Positions 46,401-57,950 of a stretch of 64,000 nt of DNA are shown here, piece after piece. How positions within the stretch are numbered: position 1 is the first letter of the stretch; each line of letters starts with the position of its first letter. A program made the position numbers and the translations under genes. Source of the DNA: Ptychomitrium polyphyllum (taxonomy: Eukaryota); contig OZ316775.1 in assembly GCA_973851085.1 (NCBI GenBank), positions 6,758,001 to 6,822,000 on the forward strand, given 5' to 3'. A model generated the notes under the pieces. The model made no database searches and was not told where the DNA came from. It saw only the letters and a program-made list of their open reading frames with translations.

Positions 46401-49400
46401 TTATAAGATTACTCGTGGGTTGGGTTGGGAATTCTCTTTTCATGCTCTAAATTTCCATTTACAAGAACCAATCTATTTCATGGAAACTTTCATAGATCTT
46501 TCATGAAATGTGGCCTACAAATGTGAATTCAAATCATCAAAAGATTAAGTTGCATCATATCCAGTAAAGCACTTGAATCAGCCTCTACTTGAAGGACTGC
46601 AAGTGCCTATTATTGGTATAATAGTAAGCAATTTCTCTGAACTCTTCTTTTCATTTGCCCAAAGTGAAAGGAGAAGCAGCAGTTCCTTGGATTTCACTCA
46701 AGTCAGGATTGTGTTTTTCTTTGATCTTTTCAAAAAAGTAACAGAATATATGGAATATCATTCTACAAAACATGAAATTTTTGTGAATGGGAAGATACAT
46801 ATAAGCTACGGAACTGGTGGGATGTTTGTGGAAATACTTGTATGCTTTGTCTTCACATGCTTGTAGTTTATTAATTAAAAAGGAAAAAAAATCCATCAAG
46901 ACACATTTTAAGATTCTTTCAAGAGATGTTTTAAAAGGAAATTATCCTTTGAGGACACTTTCAACTACATCTTTTAAGATACTGTAGACAATAACTTTAG
47001 AAGGACAGCAGTGGTGCACATCAAGTAAGGTGGGACCTCCTAAAGGCAAGACAACATAATTCAGTTATCATATTAGTGGGGAGCAGAATAGTGTCTATAG
47101 AGTGAACACTACTACAAAATGAGGGGCACCTTTGGGAGTTTCGTCTGCACAGGATAGTAAACTGATGGCTCCCCATCACCAACATTGAAGAGCCATTTGT
47201 CCACAGAAAACAGAACATGATTACTTGATGAGACCACAGTTTAGATGTCACATTCAAAGCAGGCAGATGCACCCACTCTCCACAACAACTGCCTGGCAAC
47301 CTCAACACTATGTGCATGATCAGTCAAAATCTCCATCAAACCATTGCCTCTAAAAACCATCATCATCCATGGTCCTGAGCAATATTAACTTATTGCTGGG
47401 CAGGCAAGAAGGAACGAAGCTCACACACACAAGATAACTTTGGGAACTACAAGCAGCAGCTGTTGAGCCCAGTAGGGGGGTTTCCATGAAAACCTGGGTG
47501 AAACATGTCCCAAAAGATATAACATGTAGGCTACCAACCACATAGGCACTATCCCCAAAGTCTAGATGATTGGACAATTTCCTTGCATTAGAGAAACTTT
47601 CTCTAACATCCACAACATGCTCACTTAATGACACCAAATTCATTATAATGGAAAAATCCAAAGTCTTAAATATTAATATTATACACTGGTTAACCAGTAG
47701 CTAAATAGTCCTAGAATTGCTATTTCATTCCATCACAGTGACTATGGTAATTAATGAAAGAGAGTCTGGAAGTGTACAACCGGATCCTGGAGTCTGAAAA
47801 TAGTGAACACCTCAGAATGGATTTGAGGTAAAAGTAACTTACAGCCCATGATTTCCTCACACAAACGCATACAACCAGTAAATGCTTTCTGATGCACTGC
47901 ATCACAAAACTCCCACTTTCTCCAAGGACCCCAAGGTGGTAAGTTACCTTCCATGAGATGAATGACTTCTCTTCATTGCAAGAGCCTTTTCAAATGATTT
48001 TCTGCAGTAGCCTGGAGCCAATCACACACATATTGTGACACAAAGACTTCAGTTTTGTGAGCTTTGAATGCCAACCGTGTAACTGGGAAGAAAAGGAAAT
48101 AATCCACGAAAACAAAAACCCCAGCTGGGCAGACGCAGTGACGATGAGTGAGTCAGATCAGTTGCAACCTGGAGGCTGGAGCGCGAGGGTGAGCAGAGGC
48201 TTCATAATGGAAATTCAATTCAGTCCTCTACTTGTACGCCAGCTAGAGCTACACTAACTCGCCCTTTGAAGCAATCACCGTGAGACTACAGCCTCTGCAA
48301 CTTGGAGTTTTGGGCACCAGAATCTGTAGATATCGCAGCCTGCTCAAAGCTGTCACAAAGAGGCATATTGCAGGGGCATTAGGGGCAATGGGTTCATGTT
48401 TCTTATGAGCGACTACTCACTGGAAGACCCTCAACGTTCAAAGACACGCAGTTCTCACAGATGCTCCGGGGCTTCCCTAGCAGCTGGTGTGAGGGCTGCA
48501 GGAACTCACTGCCGGGCTGCACAGAGTCGTCGTCTGCACTTGGGTTGACATGAAGCCCACAGTTTGTGTGCTACTTGGATTGAGTGTAATCTGGACGCTG
48601 ATTGACCCAGAGTCCGGACGCCCTCTTAACATGCAACTGTAGACGTCGTCTTAGGGAGCCTGAGCTTGGAATGATGAATGATGGTGCAATCTGACAGGCG
48701 TTCAATGTGGCACAAATGATGTAAGTGGCGCAAGTGAGAGCCCCATCATGTGCCAGACATGTTAGTTGCATGTACTCCACCTCTGGAGCAGGCTCCGTTT
48801 TCAATTGGGTGGTCATTATTCACAGCATTTCCTTCGGAGCTCATTGGCGTTTCCTGCAGTTCCTCGTCTTGACAGGGCTCTGATTGAGGGGAGTGCGAGC
48901 AATGCGATTAGTTGCTTTGTAGTCTCAAAGTTTCATACTCTGCTCTTCACCCAAAAGTGATGTTTCTTGGTAAATTTTTGTTGCGGCCTCGGAGTTAAGT
49001 GTTGGTGGAATATTGTTGATCCAGACTTCTGGTATCAGCTTGGTCGAAGGAGGGGGGGGTGGGGCTGTCACTCAATATTGAGCCGAAGTGAAGCTACCCA
49101 ACTCCACATGGCTTGGTATTCTCTTACCGAACACCGTCATAGCTTCTTCTCGCACTTGGAGTGCGTGTTGTCGGGTAAATTTGCACTCTTGATGGACCGG
49201 GACAAATCTGGAAGTTCATTCTGGTTTCAAACAATAGTTTTGCGCGGAATAATATTCTACAGGGGTTTCTTCCGTGTAGATTACATACGTTGTTCTTTCA
49301 TGCAAGAGGGTATTTTCTGTTTCTTTGGAAGAGCGAGCCTGGTTGAGTTTTGCGAATGGGGGTGCTCATATTACTGCCGACTTGCAACATGTGTGGGATC

Positions 49401-49488
49401 ATTTTTACAGGCTGATGGTGAACCGGGGCTGTGTCTGCTCTCAGTACGATTGGTAGCTGCTCTTACATCGATCAACATTGCCCGCACA

Positions 49489-52400
49489 ATGCGAAACCAT
49501 GGATGGGAGCTGCCGTATCATCCTCTCCAGGTCCTTCTCTTGCATGCTAGGCCTTCTCGGTTTTCACTCACATTTGTGGACCGTCTTTGAAAATAAAAAG
49601 TGCTGAGTATTAAAGAACAGTGAGCCTGACATTGACATTGTCGTTCTCAAAGAAGAGAATTAATTTGTGAAGAGTACCAACGAGTTTTTACTCCGAACTT
49701 CGTTGAGCAATACTTAAGGTGCTGGCATTTGATCCAGTGCAATTCATAGTGTACCATAACCTCAGAATTTTAACGGAATATCGCAATTATGCTCGAACAA
49801 TCTTCCACATATTGGTTCAACTGGAAATCCTTCAGGCCAAGAATATCATAGAAGCTTACAGAAAGGTCGTCCTTTTCGATCTTTGTGTTGGTAACGATAG
49901 AATATGAGCTAGCGTACTGATACATCGTATAACTGATGCTGTATCCCACTTCAACTAAAGGAATTTTTTTTAAAGCATCTGTAAGCTGTAACAGTTGCTC
50001 ACTCTGCCAATGTGAGATACCTTTAATGTCCGCAGAACATATATGTGCTGAGTGATTTCTACAAGATGACCAACCGGAGAAACTATCACCCACTAGAGAT
50101 GACATTGAAGCTGTAAAAGTACTTTTCATCCTTGTGTCCGAAATGAAGTCTTGAATTCTACACTAACACTTCCTCGTGTACAAGCAGACGGTGGCGGTTG
50201 CTGTGTTTTCGGGGCTCTCTTTCTCCTTCTACGTCTTTTTCGTACCTTTCGTTGGAAGCAGTGTACTGAAGTTCCACATCTATGCAGCCTTCTCCCCGGT
50301 TGTGAGTGATAACTTTGCATTTTGCATGATTATGGCTTAAAACCAGTTGCAAGACTCAATGACACTAAAGCTCTACCAAGTGATGTTTAACTAGAAATGC
50401 GCCTAGCACTGCCATTGAGACGTTGCATTGATGGTTACTTCACAATGGCATACTCTTGCAGTGCATGCGATATAAATGCACGAGTCTGATGTAAATTTTC
50501 TTGTTATAATTATACAGGTCCTAGCTGTCTTCGTTCTGTATGTGAGATGTGCTGGATGTGATCCAGCTGACCCCGGAGTGCTCCAGTCTAAACGGGCAAC
50601 AAGAGCTAAGCAGCGGGCAGCGCTTAAGGCAAAGGACTTAATACTTTCAAATATTGATCACACGCATGACGAGTCTGAAAGGAAAGCACAAAATCTGGAA
50701 GCTTCGGGTTCAACCGCTTGTGCTCGTTGGTTGTGTCTCCCATTTGCTTGCTCTAAAAAGGATGACTTAGCTAAGCTGAACGCGGGAGAGCAATTGCTCT
50801 ACTGCAGCATATGCGAAGCGGAGGTGGTGCCCATGTGTCTTTGGTGGATATATTATGTCGTTTAATACTCTAGTGTTACTTCTGTGTCGTTGTCGGAATC
50901 GTAGATTGTGGTTTTGTAACTTCATCTCCTAAACCCAAATCTTATCTGAAAAGGATGCCTTGACAGATATCAAAGAACAGCAAGCACTGCAGAGCTTGTG
51001 ACAAGTGTGTGCATGAATTCGATCATCATTGTCGGGTATAAATCTCCGCTAATCGTTCTCCGTGTCTCCTTCGTTTAGTCCCGCCTAGTGCCGAAAATCT
51101 TGTCACATTCTATTCTCAGGATGTTTCCAGGTAACTCGGTAGTTCATGGAGATTGTGTATCTAACACTTTTATTTCCTGATCATAGTGGCTCAACAACTG
51201 CGTTGGAAAGAGGAATTACAGGGCCTTCGTGAGCCTTATGGTGGCGTGTCTCGTGCTGGTATCCTAACCAATCAACTCGGAAATGTTTTACCATTTACTT
51301 TTAATTGCTTTGCTCGAAAAAAAACTCATTGCTGGGAAATGATAATCAAAAACAGAGATTCAAATAGGACCTGTTATAATCTTGACTTGCTCTAACATTT
51401 GATCTATGTCTGGAGGACGTGGGTGCAAATTTCGCCATGAAGTCGGGGATGCAGAACCTCACAACAATACTTTGACAATATGACATTGCAGCTGGTTATC
51501 GTATGGAGCACTGGAATTGGTGTCCTTATCCGGTGCTTCTTACAGAAGACGAGTTTTGAGAAGGAGATAATTCACAGACTTGGCAGCAGCTTCTCTCGAG
51601 TACCTTACATCATAGTTGTGGTATGTATCCAATCCAAAGCAGGTCTTTGATTATATCGTCCACCACGCTATTTTTCTTCTTTGGAACAACCTGCCTAACC
51701 TTACGAAGACGACATATGACATAACACGTCTGATTGGTAATAAACCGATTTGCCAACAAGCCTTGGCCAACTAATCGTGTAATTGGGTGTCCAGGTGTTG
51801 CTATCCCTGCTGGCCATGTTAGGAACAATTCCGCTGTGTCAGCTTTTCTTCTTCCACCTCATTCTAATTCACAAGGTGAATGTCAAAACAGCTTCCGTCC
51901 CAGTAATTGTTGACCATATCATCTGTCCTGCTTCTCCGATGTCGACATCACACATTGTCAGAAGATCAAACTTCCTTCTCTCTTAAAAGAAGAATTTTTA
52001 TTGGGCAGGTTTAGGAGAGTGTTTTCTATTTGTTGACGTAATTCAATAGATCGACTCACAACTGTTTCTTGCCACTTAAACACAATCTACCTACATATTG
52101 ATCCATCGTGGTGAATTTGGACAGGGAATTACCACGTATGATTACATTCTGGCTGTAAGAGAACAAGGCTTAGAACACGATGTCGCAGAAGGCGATGGAT
52201 TCAACAGCCTGACCTCATCACCTGCCAGCTCAAATGCAACAGGGATTAGTGGATACAGCTCCGCTGGGGCTCTAGGTCTGCATAGGGGTGTTTTCTGTAC
52301 ACCTCCTCGCATGTTCGTTGAGCATCAGCAGGTATGAAAATATTTTCATCCATTGCTTATGCACAAAATTGTATACCTTATCTGGCTCCTGCGGCAGCTG

Positions 52401-54096
52401 CTTTCAAGACATCGTTGAGAATTCCTATCTAAAGATCTGACTGCTTACTTAATTTTCTCTAACTCTGTGAATGACGTCACAGGAGGTTTTGTCCTTCAGT
52501 GGGGACTTGGAGGCTAACTCTTCTGCAAAACTCGAAAAGAAGGGTGTCGGAGCAGCGAAAGCACAGCCTCATAAGAAGGTCTCAGTGGGGATCAACCCTT
52601 GGAAACTGGCACGTCTGAACGCCCAGGAAGCTGTCAAGGTTGCATCTCAAGCCAAGGTAGCGTCCACCGACATCATACGACCCATCCTGCGTGACTCCAA
52701 AGGCTCCTCCCAAGTCACAGAGACCGAAGCCGACAGCAGTCTCGAGAGCTCCCGTAACGTGAGTGGCGAAATTACGATAGCCGGAAACAGATGGAATCAT
52801 CATCGCAGAAAGCATCATGATCTAGCGTACCTCACAGGGAAAGAGAAGTGGTTGTTGATGAAAGACCGACGTGGCAAGTCTAATATAACACTTAACAACA
52901 GTACTACAAGAGTAGGAACACTACTCACAGCTAATGAAAGCCCTCAATTCATGGTACTTCCGTTGCCACTGGAGGCACGAAACGGCTTCAGGTGTAGTCC
53001 CAGTCGATTTTCTGGAGAGATGAGGGCTTCGTATGCTGGAAGCCCTTATCCTGGAAGTCTGTTGGCGTCCCCTGAAATGACGTTCCAGGGATCTCCTGAA
53101 TTCCAAACAGTAGTACCACCCAGCATATCGACTCTCATAATTGAGGCGCCTGCTGCACCCGTAAAGGAAGTGTCAGCTGTGAATGAAAAATTTGACATCC
53201 TGTTGCAAAGGTCAGATACTATTGATAGCTATGAAGCATCCGCAGGGGAAAGTGGCGATGAAAATACTACTGGGCAATTGCATTTGCGAAGGTTGGTTCA
53301 AACACTGAAAAAAGGTAATCTTGATACTTCGGTCGTTACCCCGAATGAGAAAGTCGCGGTGTGGGAAGATGGTAGTCAAGAAAATATTCTGAAAACTCGA
53401 ACAAGGTCGGGTTCAAGAAGTTTAGGTTCTCGAGGATCCAGAAGTTCCAGAGGAGAAAGCACTGGAGGTGGGTTTATGACTTTCAGCTGATTGTCCTTCT
53501 CTCTCTGTTAATTTCAACGTCTCTGCTACCAAATGCTGCATTCCTCACTTCTGTCATCACAATTTTTAACGCGCGAGCTAATTCTTTTCGAGGATCCAAC
53601 TTTGTGTTTTCAGATTTCCTAGATGCATGGTAACCGGGGCAATCAATGGTGAGGTTTCACCCTAGAACAGTTACATTAGACAAAAGCTGGTTTTTTAACT
53701 ACCAAATTATTGCTAACTTAAGTTGTTACACTGGTTGCGTTGGATGCAGGGCGTACAGAATCCAGCACAGGATCCAGAGCTGAAGCCAATATTTTAAAAC
53801 ACATCAGAAAGGAGAGACCAGAACTTGGCGACAGGCTCTCCGTTTCTCCTGATGACAGCCCTGGCTCCTTCCCATCGCCCTTCACCTCCTTACTTCTCGA
53901 TTCCAAGGAAGCATCCAAACCGGAAAAAGCAAAGAATGGACGTACCTCTAAATCATCTCAAGGTATCCTCCTGGCACTTGATGGAGTACCAGTAATTTCA
54001 TCAACTAAAAGGCTTATGGAGAGCTTAACCACGGGCAAGAAGACCACTAGTACTAAGCTTGCGAATGGAGTATTCAATTCTGTGCCAATTGCTTGA
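49489..54096 (+). CDS. DHHC-type protein S-acyltransferase (palmitoyltransferase), PAT19-22-like clade, multi-exon
   Basis: MRNHGWELPYHPLQ|VVAVAVF..FYVFFVPFVG, DPADPGV, YCSICEAE, SKHCRACDKCVHEFDHHCR|WLNNCVGKRNY, FFFHLILIHK|GITTYDYILAVRE, FCTPPR and VGINPWKLARL. Confidence 0.95.
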
Positions 54097-54971
54097 GATG
54101 TAAGAGATTGACAATTTGCACTCTTGCAATTCAAGGAGTTAGGGTTCAGTACGTCGATGCATATCTTGACGTCCGCTAGCCGGTCTTAAGACCCGAATTT
54201 CTGTAGAAGATTTGAGGTGCACCATGAATATTGTGGCGATGGTTAGGTGAAAGCTCGACCTTAAGGCGGACTACTTCAGACTGGAGTCAACTAGCGTTGG
54301 CTGGAAGTTGGTTTGTCATGTCTTTCGAAACAGAAGCGAGCAGTAAGTAGCATCTTGTGGAAATCCTTCCATCAAGAAATTCTTTTGGTGCGTGAACCAC
54401 AAGGCGTCGGCGTTTCTTTTGCTCTTGCAAATTTCTATATGACTACCTCAAGCTGTTGTTCTGCAAGTTTTCCGAACGCTTCCACTCTACTCGAGCCACG
54501 TCTTCATTTTCGCATCAAACATTGTATCCAAAAAATGTACGAAGTCAGATAGCTGCAGATGAACCATAAGTGAACATGTAGGAATGATTTTTATCTCATG
54601 AGGCATTAATAACAGGTACTGGTGACCGAATTATATAATTTGGATTGCATATCACAAGGAGTCTCATATTCGATTCACTTCAAAAAACCAAGTAAACCCG
54701 AGACAGCATTGGCTGCAATGCTGAGAACTGTATAGTATCTCCAATTGTTATTACAAAATTGACATCCCGAAAAAGAATTGCTTTTCGAACTTTTGATCTA
54801 AGTAGTAACTTCACTCTGAAGTACGAGGAAGGAGATCCTCCTGCTGTATGTGATTCCTATGAACACGATTTCTTCAAACCTCTGTGCTGGAGCTTCGCGT
54901 CGTCTGCCAGCTACCACCTTAAGCACTCTCGTTACTTTACATATGTGCAAGAACTTGCAATTTTCCAAAAA

Positions 54972-57950
54972 TTACTGCTCCCACCTCATCTTCCTGCTCT
55001 TCCACACATCTGCCATGCCGATAGGCAAGCTTCCGGGCCTCACGACCTCCAAACCACCCCACTTCTTGACCAGGCCTTTGCCATACGATGCAACAACCCA
55101 CCGCCAGTACGTAGTCATCGTATGATAATCACTGCAAATTGCTTGGACGCCCGCCTGATTGGATTCACATGACAGGTTACGCAGCTCTGTCGTGAGGTAA
55201 GATGGTCCTGACACACTATTCGCTATTTCGTACTCTTGTGGCACTCCTAGCAGCTTCCCGTAAACGTACTCCCATGGCGTCGTAAGACGCTGCTCGCGAT
55301 GCAGTGCATACTCCTCATACGAAAGGAAGGGCTCCAAGTGCAGATTGTGATCGGCGGTGTAGGGCTTTGTGGTACTACCGCTATTCCATTCCTCCTGCAA
55401 CTTGGTGTAGATGTCTTTCTCGACCTCCAACGCATCCTTCAGCTCCTTGGCAGGATCAACGCACAGGTAGTCGCGAATGGCAAACTGCGGGATAAGAGGA
55501 GATTTCACCTCCAATCCACCCATTGCCATGGGCCACAGAAACCAGCCGGGAGGAATGTCACGGACACCAAAACGTTCTTGGATGACATCAGCGAGATATT
55601 CAATGACTGAGCCTCCATGTTCTGGAAAGAGAGCGAGGTGAATGCGCTGGAGAGAATCGATAACCATGTCGACATGCCTCTGGCCAAAGCAGTGAGCCGG
55701 AGGGGAGCCGAAGTTGTTGACGAAGAAAGAGGCGACGTACTTATTGTATGCTTGAACCCAAGCAAACACCGAATGCTCACAAGCTTTCAGTTGACGCTTC
55801 AGCTCGTCAATGTGGACGTCAACCTGAGCTTGGTCGATCACGAACTGGCCAGACTCTTCAAACTTCAGGAAACCCCACTTAATGTCCCCTTTGGGAAGAC
55901 CATGATGCAAAACGAGGTCAGAGTCCTTATCCTTCTTCCCTGCCAAGGACAAGCACTGGCCCACAGACACAGACCCCGTCTTCTCGTAATTGAACTCTAA
56001 CCCAACAAGACTAGTGAAGGTGCTCATTTCTTGCCAAGCCTTCACGCACGCCGTGGAATCTCTGTTCCAGAACCAGAAGTCGTCATGTATGCGGTAGAGG
56101 AAGAGCCCGTCTGCTCTTTGGTTGACAGCATAATCCATGCAGAAAAGCAGGACCTCGCCGAAGCAATCGCCCAGGCTGTGACTCATTGGAATTCCGCGTT
56201 TTCGGATTTGAGGTGGAGCTGACGGGCCATCAGAGACGAACTTGAGAGGCGCCGAGAGGAATTTTTGGAAAAATGTGAGCCAAACCTCAGGAACGCCAAA
56301 AAATCTGAGAGCAGTGATGATGGAGCTGTGAGGCAAGCTGGGGCCGAACCATTTGAAGTCGGAACGCACAACGGTGAACTCGTGGTGCAAGGTGGTGTTG
56401 AAGAGGCATTCAGTTGTCAGAATGTGAAGAAGCGCTTGCTTGATTCCAACCGCCGTCGTCTCGCCAGGCTTCGCGTCGTCGTCTTCAGCGTCATAAGCAG
56501 CTCCGCCTTCCTCAAGGCTGTCCGGCAGTTGGTTGACGAAGAACAACCGCACTTGATCCGCTCGTCTCTTCGCATCAATTGTTGCAGGTTCACAACCTTC
56601 GTAAACTTGATGCTGGACCATTCCTTTTGGATCTTCTCCCAAGAAATACTTGCGCCTCTCGTTTTCAGTCTTGGAAAGTGGCTTCGTCGGGAGCTTCCAG
56701 GCCCTTGACTCAAAGAACCTCTTGAACTGGTATTTGAACGTAGTCGCCCATTTGAGGCCGATCCAGTGCAGGAAGATAGCCTGTAGAATCTCCTCGTCCA
56801 TGTACACCCTGTACTTCCCGTTGAGCTGCCTCCGCATCTCCACAGGAATGACATCAATGAGTGAACCATCCGGGATCCACGACCATGAAGTGAGCGACGC
56901 CAGATGCATGTTGAGCACATCTGCAACCTCGGCGAGCACAGTAGAGTTTTGGGTGAACTCCTTCAAAGTGTCGCGTTTCTCGTTTGATAAGAGGTCAGCG
57001 ACCAGGAGGGAGGAGATAGCTAACTCCAGGTCACGGTCAGTAACTTTCGTATTGCGGAGCAGGTCCTCACCGAATTTACCGATATCTTTACGCATCGGCT
57101 CGAGCTTTTCTTTGGCAGCTTTCGAAGAGAAGAGATCGTTAAGGTAGGCGACGATAGCTGCCGTTTCGGTCTCTTTAGAGGTGAAGACAAGCGACTCGAA
57201 CATGGCGCGCTGCTCGTGCATCTCCTTCCTTCCAACTCTCTCGAATGTATCGTCTATGGAGAGCAACGACATCTCACCTTCGTCAGAGACGCCTGCTGTC
57301 TTCTCGGGGACAGAATCGGGGCTGGCGATCCACTCGCCCAGTAGCCTTCCGAAGAGCTCGGCGTACTCATACTTGGCCTTCTCCCTGTCGAGATAGGTAG
57401 TGAAATCGGCCTCCCACTCACGCAGGGACGCCTTGCCAATGCTGGGGTCACGCTCAGCCTGGACGAGGAACTTCTTCACATTCAAGAGGTAGTCTCGAGT
57501 GTCGGGGGAGGAGTCCGAGGAGGTGACACCGACGCTGCGCCAGGAGTTGATGCCATCCAAGAGTATTTGAACCCTCTCCTGTGAATTGCTGGCAGCGCTG
57601 AGCGACAACAGAACCTTCTCTCTATGGGAGTTGAAGTCTAAGAGCTGCTTCGAGACCTCACGGAGCTTCGTGCGAGTAATGGAGTTCAGGGTTTGAGAGA
57701 ACGATGACGACATGGTTGACGAGTTGGAGGGAGTATTGGAATCAGCCTGCGTGGAGAAGGGTGAGCACCTGATCGTCTGTTCTTGCCCTGACGGCGACGA
57801 ACTGCGCCACTTCACTTGATACGAAGAAAACGCATTCGGTTTCGGTATACGAGGATGGCCCAACAAAATGATAGCACCTTGAAGAACGCACGGCTTGTGA
57901 GTCGTCCGAGCTGCTAAACTAAGTAGACCTACTCGAGAGAATAATGTCAT
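54972..57950 (-). CDS. rvt: rvt-type cellular reverse transcriptase-related protein (992 aa, intronless) with 79-aa N-terminal extension
   Basis: Uninterrupted 2979-nt ORF. RT motifs RRQLNGKYRVYMDEE, VVRSDFKWFGPSLPH (~56330-56372), KRGIPMSHSLG (~56170-56202), YRIHDD (56079-56096), GLEFNYEKTG and WGFL. The N-terminal helical region begins FSQTLNSITRTKL. No gag, protease, RNase H, integrase or endonuclease domains and no terminal repeats are visible. Confidence 0.88.
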   Translation of the reverse strand: MTLFSRVGLLSLAARTTHKPCVLQGAIILLGHPRIPKPNAFSSYQVKWRSSSPSGQEQTIRCSPFSTQADSNTPSNSSTMSSSFSQTLNSITRTKLREVSKQLLDFNSHREKVLLSLSAASNSQERVQILLDGINSWRSVGVTSSDSSPDTRDYLLNVKKFLVQAERDPSIGKASLREWEADFTTYLDREKAKYEYAELFGRLLGEWIASPDSVPEKTAGVSDEGEMSLLSIDDTFERVGRKEMHEQRAMFESLVFTSKETETAAIVAYLNDLFSSKAAKEKLEPMRKDIGKFGEDLLRNTKVTDRDLELAISSLLVADLLSNEKRDTLKEFTQNSTVLAEVADVLNMHLASLTSWSWIPDGSLIDVIPVEMRRQLNGKYRVYMDEEILQAIFLHWIGLKWATTFKYQFKRFFESRAWKLPTKPLSKTENERRKYFLGEDPKGMVQHQVYEGCEPATIDAKRRADQVRLFFVNQLPDSLEEGGAAYDAEDDDAKPGETTAVGIKQALLHILTTECLFNTTLHHEFTVVRSDFKWFGPSLPHSSIITALRFFGVPEVWLTFFQKFLSAPLKFVSDGPSAPPQIRKRGIPMSHSLGDCFGEVLLFCMDYAVNQRADGLFLYRIHDDFWFWNRDSTACVKAWQEMSTFTSLVGLEFNYEKTGSVSVGQCLSLAGKKDKDSDLVLHHGLPKGDIKWGFLKFEESGQFVIDQAQVDVHIDELKRQLKACEHSVFAWVQAYNKYVASFFVNNFGSPPAHCFGQRHVDMVIDSLQRIHLALFPEHGGSVIEYLADVIQERFGVRDIPPGWFLWPMAMGGLEVKSPLIPQFAIRDYLCVDPAKELKDALEVEKDIYTKLQEEWNSGSTTKPYTADHNLHLEPFLSYEEYALHREQRLTTPWEYVYGKLLGVPQEYEIANSVSGPSYLTTELRNLSCESNQAGVQAICSDYHTMTTYWRWVVASYGKGLVKKWGGLEVVRPGSLPIGMADVWKSRKMRWEQ

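Noticed and set aside
55299..57396. Series of + strand ORFs (63-165 aa) antisense to rvt
   Set aside because: Shadow ORFs expected from GC-rich coding sequence on the opposite strand, with no recognisable motifs.
54972..57950. Interpretation as a LINE/LTR retrotransposon, group II intron, retron or other bacterial RT system
   Set aside because: No endonuclease, RNase H, integrase or gag domains, no terminal repeats and no adjacent structured ncRNA or repeat array seen. The HDD motif and overall architecture fit rvt, and the context is a spliced eukaryotic locus.
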